Assembly: GCF_964213995.1 (NCBI RefSeq)
Contig: NC_135811.1
Location: 30,814,001 to 30,878,000 of the forward strand
Origin: Mustelus asterias
Lineage: Eukaryota
Direction of reading: 5' to 3'
DNA length: 64,000 nucleotides
Shown: positions 52,481-64,000 of the stretch, piece by piece
Position numbering within the stretch: the first letter of the stretch is position 1
How the letters are laid out: every line of letters starts with the position of its first letter
Program-made: the position numbers and the translations under genes
Notes under the pieces: model-generated
The model's database searches: none
Told to the model about the DNA's origin: nothing
The model's input: the letters and a program-made list of their open reading frames with translations, nothing else

Positions 52481-55400
52481 CATTTTCTGCTCCACGTCTC
52501 TTTATAATTGTTTAACAATTAAATTGTATATTTATATAATATCCGTATCTGTTTAAAATATATCTTTCTTATATGCAACCACTTGCATAATTATAAAGAC
52601 AACGTGCTTCTCTATAAATTGTATTAAATATACAGTGTATATATGGATTATTTTGCAGTTTCTTATTTGATAATGAGACTTATTTAACTCCTACAATTGA
52701 AGATGGGTGCATTATACTAAAGATATTCACGTCAAAATAGATTTTTTCAGAATGTGTAAAAGACACGTGCAAAAAATGAAGTACTGTACTGATTTTAAGA
52801 ATAATTCTTAATGGCTAACAGCAAACCACAGTGTGTATATCTCATCTGAGGACGTTGCTCAACTTTGGTGATAGGAATTTATTTTTGACATAAACGCATT
52901 TTTTGACAAGGGAAATGAATAGTCAATAACGACATACAAGGAACAATACATATGCTTATTCTGCACATGATTCTTCTTTTACGTTGATTTTTCACTCACG
53001 CCATCGAAAGCAACGCTGACATAATGGCATTTGCAACAGGAAATGCAGACGGATGTGGATTATATGTCAAACATAATTTAGAAAACTTTGTTCATGTGCT
53101 TAATTAATAAATTGAAAATCGGAAACAGGAAAAACAATATTAGTAGCACGTTGTTGTGTAATGTTGCCCGAACGTTGTACTTTCAAAGAAATTTGAATGT
53201 TTTGCTACTAGCTAAACCTGACATTTCCTGTGCAAAAGATTAGAGTTCGCAATTCTCACAAGTAGTACTCCCGAATCTTACAAATTGTTGCAAAAAATAC
53301 ACAAACCTTGTTGAAAAGGTAATGATGCAATTGCAAGGTACAATAGCGGATACTTCAAATATTTTGCTTATTCTTAACTTTGACATGAGGAACACATTCA
53401 GGTTGGCATTTTCAGGGTAATGCATTTGGGCAAAGGAAAGATTAATTCAGAGTACTTAATTAAAATCTTGGGAGATAGTATTTTTTAATTTAAATAATCT
53501 GTAAAGCCACCTTTTCGCGCTATTCAACTTAGTTGCAAAATTTTTAAAAGGCACGTCATTATTCAACAGAACGACGATCTTAAAAGGACAAAGTCTGCAT
53601 TTTTGAATTATGCAGACTGAAGCAAGTGGTCGAAAATTACACCTCTCAGAGACGAAACAGCGTAGGACGTCTCTTAAAATTCAACTTCAAGGGTACAAAG
53701 TTATAACAGTTTAGGCGCATTAAGAATTTTTTAATGTAAACAAATAGCCAAAAATAGGAAAAGCTGGAAGAGGCATAGGCATTGTTTATGTATGTTTTAT
53801 TGCGGCTATGCACCACTATACAAAGTGTACATTGCTATTTCTCCCGAGTATTTCTCCCGAGTTAGCACTGACATTTTACTTTACCTGAACGTTTATAAGA
53901 TGAACGATCAATACCTTCAGCTATTGAAATTAACTGATGACCAACATACACAATTCTTTCATCTTCGCCCTTATCTCTAGTTTGAAACTCCACATTTTCC
54001 GCACGCCCTTCAGTTGAACGTAGAAATATGTGTCATCTTTCAGCATTACCAGACTGCGATAATAGTTACTGCCTAAATTAAATGTAACATCGTTTAATCA
54101 ACAGTTTAGAAGAATTAAGTGCAAGGCAGGTGTTTGTTCTGACGTGAACATTTGTATCGCGAAATCTTTTATCAAAATTTGGGGGAGTAACATATTTTCT
54201 TCACAAATTCTGACATTTATTATGAAATAACGCATTTATGTTGTATTTCTACTCCACTAAACATTAATTAATGTAACAACAGAAAGGCACCTGATATTTG
54301 AAAGGAACATATGGATTTTTAATGTTACTACTATAAATATGCAGTGTAAACCTCCACCCACATGTTGCACAACTATGCAATTCAAGACAATAAGGCCGAA
54401 CTTGCTTTGATTTGCATTTGAAGTTCTTGGTCGAATTTTAGAGAGTAATTCGAACTTTACTTATGGTCTCCGAAAATATTGGGTAATAATGCATGCACCT
54501 GCTCTGACAGGAAAAATCAGTTAAAAGCGGTAATACATGAAAGCTATTACTTTTATTAAATACATTATGTCTAAAAACAGTAACATTTACTCAATGTAAT
54601 ACGCGGTAGAAGGTAGTTTATGATATCATTTTCCGTTATATAACGTTAGTCAAATATAACGTATTTTCTACTTGCATTTATGCGAATTGCAATTGGGGCC
54701 CGCAATAAAATCAAGATCTACTTTGACACAATTTATTAAGATATCTTTATATAACACTTTTTTCGCATTTAAACAAGTATGATCAAACAGAACTGATACC
54801 ATCCTGAAAAGTGGGAGTTGTAGATAATACTGCGAAATTACGGAATGGGTACTTTGGAACAAGAAAAGCATCATTTCGAACTGAGAACAATTTGAAAGTC
54901 TCCAGTTGCATTTATTCCTTGGAACATTTTGGAGAAAAACACATATTTTAACAAAAATAACAAAGTCCTGCAGGTACGTTGGTTTCTTCAATAAAATAAC
55001 GATCACAAATTAAATTACAAAAAAAGTAGACTAAATCAAATGTTAGTAGCAGTACAAACGTATGTATCTATTTATGAATAGCGTCAATAGTATTAGCAAC
55101 AGTTTGAATATGCACGGTATTGAATGTCCGGATAGCACCAGATAACAACCCACTAAGGTAACATTCATCCATTATGCATACGCGTTATATTTTAATTACT
55201 TTAACAGTATTGATACCCTCAGTATAGCCTCCTCCATGCATACACGTTTCTGTTGACTGCATTGCACTGTCATTAAAACTATACGAATTACTTCCTCCGT
55301 GGGATGAAAATCAAAACCATAGTGGCTCACTTTCAAGTAGCGGTTCACGATATTTTAACATTTATGTTATTATATGACTGCAAATGTTATGCTTTCGAAG

Positions 55401-55589
55401 TATTTGAACTGTGTAGCCATCCAAAGTTGCAGAGCGTGACAAAGTTGCATTCTTGCCCTACAGGGCAAACCTGCAGTATAAATTGTTAATTCGTCTCCAA
55501 ATTAGCAGGACTTTTCTTTTGTGTGTGCTTTTTTAAAAAAAAATACACTCGTGTTGTTTTACAATCATTCTCCCGCGATTTGCAGTTTT

Positions 55590-56300
55590 AAATGCGGGTT
55601 CTCGCGCCTTCAAGTTGAAGTTGGGCTGTTGAAGCTTGAGGGAATGAAGCTGGGCGGGTGGGTGTCACGTGAGCTGTCCCAGCCAGCCCCGGGGGGGTGG
55701 GGGAGCGGTGACGTCACATCCTCAACCCAAACGGGCGCTTGAGCGGCCCGAGTTCAAACTGACCAATCAGGATTAAGGATTGTGAAGGGTGCCGGCGCGA
55801 GCGGAGCAGCTTCTGGAACAATCGGAGCGGAATCAGAGTGCGGTTTGAATTCAGTTACTAGTTCAAAACAGAGAGGAAACCGCGGAGGAGGAGGTAGGTA
55901 ATGGAGGGCTCTGCGCACTTCACTTAGTGCGGCGCCATCGCTGGCACCACCGGCATTATGTCTCTCTCAGGCAGCCCGTTGTGCCTGAGCTTGGCGGCCG
56001 GGACGATGCAGTGAAACGGTCCGGCCAGTCGACCCCCCCCCCCCCCCCCCCCAGCCCGCTGCGGGTAGGCCGCAGGCCTGAGCCGGCGCATGCGGCTCAG
56101 TTTTCAGTGCGAGTCCGCCCCCGGGCTCCCCGGCTTTACGGGGCGAGCATGCGGCGGGGTTTTTTTTTACGGCGATTCCACCTCCCATGTTAACGCTTCC
56201 GCCAAATAAATGGAGGATGTGCGGTGGGGGTTTGGGATTGGGTTCGAAATTCAGCGCCAACATGCAAATCAGTTTGACACGGCGGCCATTTTAATTGTCA
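55590..56300 (+). promoter_or_regulatory. bub3: Bub3 CpG-island promoter and non-coding first exon (donor about 55894 or 55898)
   Basis: CpG-rich; CACGTG 55666; TGACGTCA 55709; CCAAT 55763; TTTGAA 55844; GAG|GTAGGT. Confidence 0.75.
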
Positions 56301-56898
56301 GGCGCTGCTCCAATTCAGCCTCCAAACCGTGATACTTTCCTTCAAGGAGCAATCCCTTTCAACAGTACAATGTGAAACTATTGAAGTTGCTATATCAATC
56401 AGCTTTTATTACCCGTCATGTGGTTAATACGAACATTTACAGCCTGGCAATTCCACAAATCTAATAAAGGGGAAGCGTACAACTTAGTGCATTAATATTT
56501 CTCGTTTTCCACTGGCACCATTTTGTTTATGGGCAGACAGCATCTCTGCTTGTTTCCCAAACAGACTGGAACACTGATGCCTAACATCCCTGGCCTATTT
56601 GACCTGGAGCCAGGTAGGCCCAGATAACAAAGCAAATAGAGCCGAGAACTTCCATTAGTATAATGTAGAAACGTTTCGTAATTTGGTTGACAAAGATGTA
56701 GGGGCCGAACATGGACATCAAGTTAAAGAGATGACCAAAATTAGTAAAAGAAGTGGGTTTTAAAGGTGGAGAAGGAGCTGAAGAGGTAGCTGCCAATGGA
56801 GAGGAGTCATGATGCGGAGATGCTGGCGTTGGACTGGGGTAAATACAGTAACCTGGTTTTAAAACTCAAAGTCCAACAGGTTTATTTGGTAGCAAATG

Positions 56899-56935
56899 CC
56901 ATTAGCTTTCGGAGCGCTGCTCCTTCATCAGATGG
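56899..56935 (-). ncRNA. Minimal hammerhead ribozyme motif
   Basis: Minus strand CCAT-CTGATGA-A-GGAGC AGC GCTCC-GAAA-GCTA-ATGG. Confidence 0.82.
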
Positions 56936-57774
56936 AGGGATCTTGGGTTCTCAAACAGGGTATACAGAGACACAAAATCAAGTTACAGAATACTGATTAG
57001 AATGTGAATCTTTACAGCTAATCAGGTCTTAAAGATACAGACAATGTGAGTGGAGGGAGTATTAGGCACAGGTTAAAGAAATGTGTATTGTCTCCAGACA
57101 GGACAGCCAGTGAGATTCTGCAAGTCCAGGAGGCAAGTTGTGGGGGTTACTGATAGTGTGACATGAACCCAAGATCCCGGTTTAGGCCGCCCTCGTGTGT
57201 GGAACTTGGCTATCAGTTTCTGCTCAGCGACTCTGCGCTGTCGTGAAGGCCGCCTTGGAGAACGCTTACCTGAAGATCAGAGGCTGAATGGCTGTGACCG
57301 CTGAAGTGCTCCCCCACAGGAAGAGAACAGTCTTGCCTGGTGATTGTCGAGTGGTGTTCATTCATCCGTTGTCGTAGCGTCTGCATGGTTTCCCCAATGT
57401 ACCATACCATGTACCAAAATCTGATCTTCAGGTAAGCGTTCTCCAAGGCGGCCTTCACGACACACGACAGCGCAGAGTCGCTGAGCAGAAACTGATAGCC
57501 AAGTTCCGCACACATGAGGACGGCCTAAACCGGGATCTTGGGTTCATGTCATACTATCGGTAACCCCCACAGTTTGCCTACTGGACTTGCAGAATCTCAC
57601 TGGCTGTCCTGTCTGGAGACAATACACACTTCTTTAACCTGTGCCTAATGCTCCCTCCACTCATATTGTCTGTATCTTTAAGACCTGATCAGCTGTAAAG
57701 ATTCGCATTCTAATCAGTATTCTGTAACTTGACTTTGTGTCTCTGTATGCCCTGTTTGAGAGCAGATATCCACT

Positions 57775-57811
57775 CCATCTGACGAAGGAGCAGCGCTCCG
57801 AAAGCTAATGG
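57775..57811 (+). ncRNA. Minimal hammerhead ribozyme motif
   Basis: CCAT-CTGACGA-A-GGAGC AGC GCTCC-GAAA-GCTA-ATGG. Confidence 0.82.
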
Positions 57812-58374
57812 CTTTTGCTGCCAAATAAACCTGTTGGACTTTAACCTGGTGTTGTTAAAACTCTTACAATGGAGAGGAGCGCAAGATTTGATCCTGGTGA
57901 CACATTACCCAAATAAGGGGCCGAAGTCATGGGTGAATTTAAAGCAGTTTATTAATTAACAACAGTTTAGCTATGATACATATAGATAGAAAAGACAAGT
58001 GGCCTGAATTTGTTGGTAGTCTCTGATCAGATGAATGAATAGGGGAAAGTAAAGGGATGTTGACCTCTGTGGCTGGTGGTGACATCTCTTCTGAGCAAAC
58101 CAAAGTGTTCTGCAGCCCCCCTCCGGTTTCCTTCTCCACAGAAGACTGTAGACTCCCTTCCTAGCACCTTTTTTATGTACCTTATTTCTAAAAGCTGTTG
58201 GAAATCCCATGTCAATCATTTGTTCCTGTTTACCCAATCACTGAGGGATGGATACTTGGAAAACCGCTTCTCTGCCTGAAATAATCTTGTGGCATGATTT
58301 ACCACTTGCTAGGACATATTTAAGCTTTGCTTGGTTTGGTTTGTGTTTGGGTCACAAAATCTGATCTCATCAGA

Positions 58375-59530
58375 TTTACATAAGAACTGGAACAGAAGTA
58401 AGCAATTCAGGCCCTCGTGCTTGCTTTGCCATTCGGTATGATTGTGGCTGATCTCATCTCCACCTTTCTGTCTGCTCCCCAAAACCCTTTATCCTTCTAA
58501 TTAAAAACCTCTCATCTCAAATTTGTTTAGTGTGTTTGCATCCACTGCACTTGAATAGAGAATTCCACAGATTCACGACCCTTTGAGTGAAGTAATTTCT
58601 CCTCTTTTCTGTTTTAAACCTGCCAATCCTTAGCCTTGTGGCCTCTCATTCTAGAATGCCCAACAAGGAGAAACGTCTGCTCTACATCTACCCTGTCAAT
58701 CCCCTTTAGCATCTTGTATATTTCAATTAGATCTCCCCTCATTCTTCTAAGCTCCAGCGAGTATAAACCTACATCTCAATATCTCTTCATAGGACAGGTC
58801 CTTTATCCCTGGAATCAATCTAGTGAACCTTTGCTGAACTGTCTTTAATGCATTTACATTCTTCCTCAAGCAAGGAGACCAGTGTGCAGATGTATCACCA
58901 ACGCCCTATGCAGTTGCAAAAGCATCTCCCTACTTTTATACTCTGTTCCCTTAACAATGAATGTCAAAACTCCATTTGCCTTCCTCATTACCTGCTGCAT
59001 CTGCACATTAACTTTCTATGATTTGTGCATGAGAACTCCCAAATCTGTCTGCATTGAAGCACTTTGAAGTTTCTCTCCATTTAGGTAGTACGTTGCCTTT
59101 TTGTTCCTCCGGCCAAAATGAATAACCTCACACTTATCCATATTAAATTCCATCTGCCAAGTTTTGACCCACTCACCTAACCTATCCATATCCATTTGTA
59201 AATTTCTTATTTTCTCATTGCAACTTGCTTTTCCATCTATTTTGGTGGTGTCAGTGATTTGACTACAGTACCTTCTATCCCTGCATCCAAATCATTAATA
59301 TAGATTGTAAATAGCTGGGGCCTGAGGACCGAACCATATGGCACACCACTAGTTACAGCTTGCCAACCAAACAAAGACCCAATTACCCCCACTCTGCTTT
59401 TTGTTGATTAGCCCATCCTCTTTCCAAACTAATATATTACCCCCAATCCTATGGGATCTTATTTTGTGTATTGGTCTTTTGTGCGACACCTTATCAAATG
59501 CCTTCTGGATATCCAGATACACTACATTTT
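58375..59530 (-). mobile_element. Old CR1 3' fragment
   Basis: Reverse-strand CR1 motifs: aattccatctgcca (WQMEF), ccttatcaaatgccttctg (QKAFDK), and the tail. Confidence 0.85.
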
Positions 59531-59804
59531 AGGAATGTTTGTTCTAGAATCATGTTCTTTCCAGATTTAACAGGCCTACACTAATCTATGTTTGTCAACC
59601 TGACTCTCTGCAATAGGATATTTAAAAAAGATTTTAAGGTTGTTGAAAGCCAATCCTTACAGGAGGGAGAACACTAGAATTAGGTGCAGGAGAAATGCAC
59701 AGGATACTGCAATGGAATGCTTTGGAGGGTTACAGAGATGGAGAAGGTTAGAGATACAGAGGGAATTAAGCCATGGATGGATTAGAAGAGAGGGACGAGG
59801 GTGA

Positions 59805-59912
59805 GGGCGGCACGGTGATTAGCACTGCTGCCTCAAAGCATCAGGCCCCCGGGTTCAATTCCTGGTTTGGGTCACTGTCTGTGCAGAGTTTTCATGTTCT
59901 CACTGTGTCTGC
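59805..59912 (+). mobile_element. V-SINE 5' fragment
   Basis: GGGCGGCACGGTG...GGGTTCAATTCC head only. Confidence 0.8.
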
Positions 59913-59934
59913 AGGAAATCTGAAGGCAATAAAT

Positions 59935-60233
59935 AGATTTTATTTATTAGTGTCACAAGTCTGCTTACATTAACACTGCAGTGAAGTTACTGTGAAAATC
60001 CCCTAGTTGCCACATTCCGTCGCCTGTTCAAGTACACTGGGAGAATTTTGTATGGCTAATGCACCTAACCAGCACATCTTTTGGACTGTGGGAGGAAACC
60101 AGAGAACCCGAAGAAAACCCACGCAGACACAGGGAGAACGTTCAGACTCCACACAGTGACCCAAGCTGGAATCGAACCTCGGTCCCTGGCGCTGTGAGGT
60201 AGCAGTGCTAACCACTGTGCCACCATGCTGCCC
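59935..60233 (-). mobile_element. V-SINE (alternative-tail family)
   Basis: Homologous to 21152-21460. Confidence 0.9.
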
Positions 60234-60469
60234 TATATGATAGGTTATGGGATTTAGATGGCTCATTGTTGTATAGGGTATTGTGTTATTACACATGCCC
60301 GAACCTGCTTCAGGTCCTACTTGAATATTAAGTAGAGGCGCTATTGTAAATGACAAGCTCAAGAATGTAGCTGTGGTTATTGGTAGGGGATCTTAGTGGG
60401 GAGTGTTTTGATGCCACTAACACCCCAGCAATGGGAGTAGTAGCTTTCCAGTGAACAATTAAAATAAAT

Positions 60470-60910
60470 TTGTCTGAATCCAGACAGGGAAAGATCTGTA
60501 ATAGGGTGGAGAGCAGGAGTAGTTAAATGATGAAAGAGGGATAAAAAAGAAACAAAAGATGAATTCAGAACAGGTATAAATGATAACAATAGAGAGGCAG
60601 AGAAACATGGAAATTCTGCCATTGTGGAGAGACCTGCCTAGCTGAGAAAAGGCAGGTAGATCTCAGAAGTGTACACCATCCCCCTGCAATGTACAAATGG
60701 GAGGTCCCAACCCAACGCACTTACCCATTCCAAGAGCTCTAATGCTGTCATAGAAATCTTAATATTAGAGCCTGAATATGGCAAACTGCCTCGTAGAAAA
60801 ATGAGATGATGTTTCTCAAGTTTGCATTGAACTTCATTGGAACAGCTTAGGAGTATGGACGACTGAATGAGATGGAGAATTATATGACAGGCAAATGGAA
60901 GCTCAGTCAT
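60470..60910 (-). mobile_element. Degraded Penelope family B GIY-YIG C-terminus and 3' UTR
   Basis: VQCKLEKHHLIFLRGSLPYSGSNI resembles a PLE endonuclease end; UTR resembles 28900-28960. Confidence 0.55.
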
Positions 60911-61853
60911 GTTTGATTTTATTTAACTTATAGTTCTCAAAACCAATTTGTACATTTATTCAGAAAAATACCTTTAATGTTTCTGGAGCTATATGCAGTT
61001 ACTACTATTTGGTACCTACATGTTGATTATGAACTGCTTCTACTATCAGTCATGTTACCAAGTTAAATATTGTGGGTGGGTGTCAAAGCACAGTGCTGAG
61101 AAATCCAGTTATTTTAGAGGAGATTTTTAAAATTAAAATTGCATAACTTTAAGAACAAAATGAGTTGCAATTATTCACTTCTACATGTTTGAAGAAACTG
61201 TCTTAATTTGTCTGAATAGCGTGTTACAGGCAGAATTGATTAAGTATTTACAGCGCTGAAATAGTCCAACAGATCCATACTGGTGTTGATGCTCCATACA
61301 AGCCAATTGATATTGCTGTGCCATGTGCAATTCTGAGGTCTACGGTTAAAGATATTTGACGAAGAGTATACTACTAAGTGTAACTACATAGAACAAGTAT
61401 GAGCGCTACCCCTGCAGTTTTGCATTTTCCCAACATATTGGTAATTTGACCTTTCATTGAAATTGACCTTTAAGCATGATTCAGTTTTTATTTTCACTTG
61501 TGCTCTGGCAGTTGACTGGTTGTATGTGAGGGAACCATTTCAGTAGTTCATATTAGATTTTATTATTTTTGGAAGAAAGAGGACTCGGAGTCATGCTTAA
61601 GGGAAAGGTACAGTAGTCATTGTGGTTAATACTCTAATCCAAGAGAGCACAAAGCTCTGTGCTTGGTTGGTCTAATTGCACACCTTTTCCTTGTTTTCAT
61701 CTAAAGTACTGAGTAATATTCAAATTAGACCAGTAGGAATCGTTATTAGTGGTGGTAACAAATCAATTCTCTCTCCTAGTTCTCTGATCTCTGTTTCAAG
61801 TTTGTCAATGATTAGTACAGATCTTGCTGAAGTATTATATTACTTATTTTCAG

Positions 61854-62048
61854 ATGACAGGTTCAAATGAATTCAAACTAAACCAGTGCCCTGAAGATGG
61901 GATCTCTGCCATTAAGTTCAGTCCAAACACCTCTCAGTTCCTGTTGGTGTCATCCTGGGACTGTACCGTTCGTTTATATGACATCACATCAAATAACATG
62001 CGACTCAAGTACCAGCATTCAGCAGCTGTCCTGGATTGTGCTTTTCAT
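61854..62048 (+). CDS. bub3: Mitotic checkpoint protein BUB3, first coding exon (gene continues beyond the window)
   Basis: ttttcag|ATG; MTGSNEFKLNQCPEDGISAIKFSPNTSQFLLVSSWD...AVLDCAFH|gtaaga; 65 codons. Confidence 0.97.
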
Positions 62049-62614
62049 GTAAGAAGCAATTTTATTTTGCCACTGAATTATAGTTACCGGAACTGGAAAA
62101 CATTTCACCTAGTAGCTATGTGGATATTTGTTTTGAGTAGCTGAATAATATTGCCATTTTGACTTCACTCTCAAACATCACCCAAAATAAGCATTAGCCT
62201 TAGCCATACCTGTTTGTATATCATGCCTCACAAAGCAATAGTTGCCTATAGATTTGAAATACTTTGTTCGTTTATATACATGAAACTAAAATCTGCTCAT
62301 ATCTGAATAATCCTATTATAATTCCGCTGCTTTCTAATTTATTCTTGTTTTTCTCATCCCTTCTGTTTTCTGCTTTGTGTGTTTTCCCTTCTGCCACATT
62401 AATTTAATTTTTCCTCCAGAGTATTGGTTACTCTTCCAGTGTAAACACATTGGTCCCAGCTTTCGTCGCTCTGGCAGTGTCCTAGGAACCTAATTCCTTT
62501 CTTTCCCCAATTTCTCTTGCCAAAATTTTGAATTGTTTATCTTATTTTTCCTGTTATTAGGAGTAACCAAGATTTATTACCCTTGAGATATTACTCTTTA
62601 ATGTATGTCATCAA

Positions 62615-63135
62615 AGAATTGAGCACAAAAGTCTGGCTGATACTCCAGTGCAGTACTGAGGGAATATGCTGCCTTATTAAATAAAAATTATTTTCTCCAA
62701 AAGATGTTAAAGGTAACTTACATCATAAGATAAGAGTAGAATTAGGCCATTTGGCCCATTGAGTCCACTCCGCCATTGGATTATGGCTGATATGCTCCTC
62801 ATTCCCATTTTCCTGCCTTCTCCCCATAACCTTTCAACCCATTACCAATTAAAAATCTGTCTAACTCCTCAAATTTACTCACTGTCCCAGCATCCACTGT
62901 CAGAGTATCACCCTTTTTGGGTGATACTTTAACTGGAGACTCTGCACTATCAGATGGGCATAAAATGTCCCATGACATGGTGTTCCTTTCAATGTTTATC
63001 CCTCGATCCGTACTAAAAGCGTTTAATCTGGTCATTATTGCACTGCTGGTTTTGGGAACAATAGTGACTGCACTATTTTTTTAAAAGTTACTTTATTGGT
63101 TCAAAAATGCTTTGGGTTCTGAGGTAATTTATATA
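62615..63135 (+). mobile_element. Deu-type SINE remnant interrupted by a minus-strand CR1 tail (about 62722-62897)
   Basis: gctgatactccagtgcagtactgaggga; inserted cataagataagagtagaattaggccatt.... Confidence 0.6.
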
Positions 63136-63284
63136 AATTTTTTAGTTATACGTTTCTTCTCCAGGGCCTTCGTTTTATTTCTTTTGTGTAATGGGTTCCA
63201 ATAGTAATCAAAACTTACCATATCAAATCTTTTGCATTCCATTCTATTTTTCTTGACTCTTGAACCTGGATGACAATGTACCAT

Positions 63285-63385
63285 TCATAGAACATTATAG
63301 TGCAGTACAGGCCCTTCGGCCCTCGATGTTGCGCTGACCAGTGAAACCAATCTAAAGCCCATCTAACCTACACTATTCCAATATT
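63285..63385 (-). mobile_element. Short CR1 3' tail fragment
   Basis: catagaacattatagtgcagtacaggcccttcggccc. Confidence 0.75.
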
Positions 63386-64000
63386 CATGACTCTTGGTTG
63401 CAGCTACAAAACATGTGTTTGCTCCCCTAACAGAAATTTGCACAATTTCCAATGCATGTATGTATTTTATAATAGATTGTAAAATATTATAAAATATATC
63501 TGAGGTCTGATTTATGCTCTTGATATAAATACTAATGTCTTGGTATAAATGGGGACTTGAATTGTACTGTCTTGCATTCTGCTAATATTTGAGCGCTTGG
63601 ATGTATTGCCTGATCATAGTACATAATGTCAGCTATTATCTTGTTCATCATACAGCCATCAAGCTCATTCGTTTTAATTCAGTGCATATTTATGGTGTGT
63701 AACTTAACCGCTGTGCAAAACAGTTATATTTATCAATATTGAATCCGATTTGCTGTTTATTTTCCATTTGAAAAGATAATCTAAGTCCTACTGCAACTCT
63801 TTTACTGTATCGTCTGTTTCTATTAACAAAATGGGGAGAACATTAAATTGACAACATGTTGGTTTTGGAGGCCTTATGGATTATGCAAGTAGTTTTTATG
63901 AGGTACAATACAAAAAATGTCTATTGGGGAGAATATAACAAATAAGAGTCTATTATGCTACTTCAATAAGATCATGGTCAATCATCTATCTCAACTCTAC

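Larger units (their letters stand above)
56807..57866 (-). mobile_element. Penelope family A fold-back element (GIY-YIG 3' end plus inverted pLTR) with 13-bp TSD
   Basis: CAATGGAGAGGAG at 56794-56806 and 57867-57879; WYIGETMQTLRQRMNEH...PVGEHFS; arms about 56868-57281 and 57420-57843. Confidence 0.93.

Overview
This is vertebrate genomic DNA, most likely from a shark (elasmobranch), inferred from HE1/HER1-type V-SINEs and CR1 LINEs, Deu-domain SINEs and shark-type Penelope elements. It holds the conserved Hmx3 - Hmx2 - Bub3 block, all on the + strand: Hmx3 (2 coding exons, 299 aa), Hmx2 (2 coding exons, 268 aa), and the CpG-island promoter and first coding exon of Bub3. Bases 1-31.6 kb and Bub3 intron 1 are dense with nested mobile elements (CR1, L2-like, V-SINEs, a Gypsy remnant with LTR and PBS, a solo LTR, MITE-like repeats, Penelope-like elements). 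The ~25 kb around the Hmx genes is almost TE-free and carries candidate conserved enhancers. The most notable hidden signal is a set of minimal hammerhead-ribozyme motifs (CUGANGA...GAAA, with compensatory stem changes) in Penelope-derived fold-back insertions. These include a ~1.06 kb palindromic element with a 13-bp TSD in Bub3 intron 1 and a 141-bp ribozyme-only mini-element. Coordinates were read by eye and no database searches were run.
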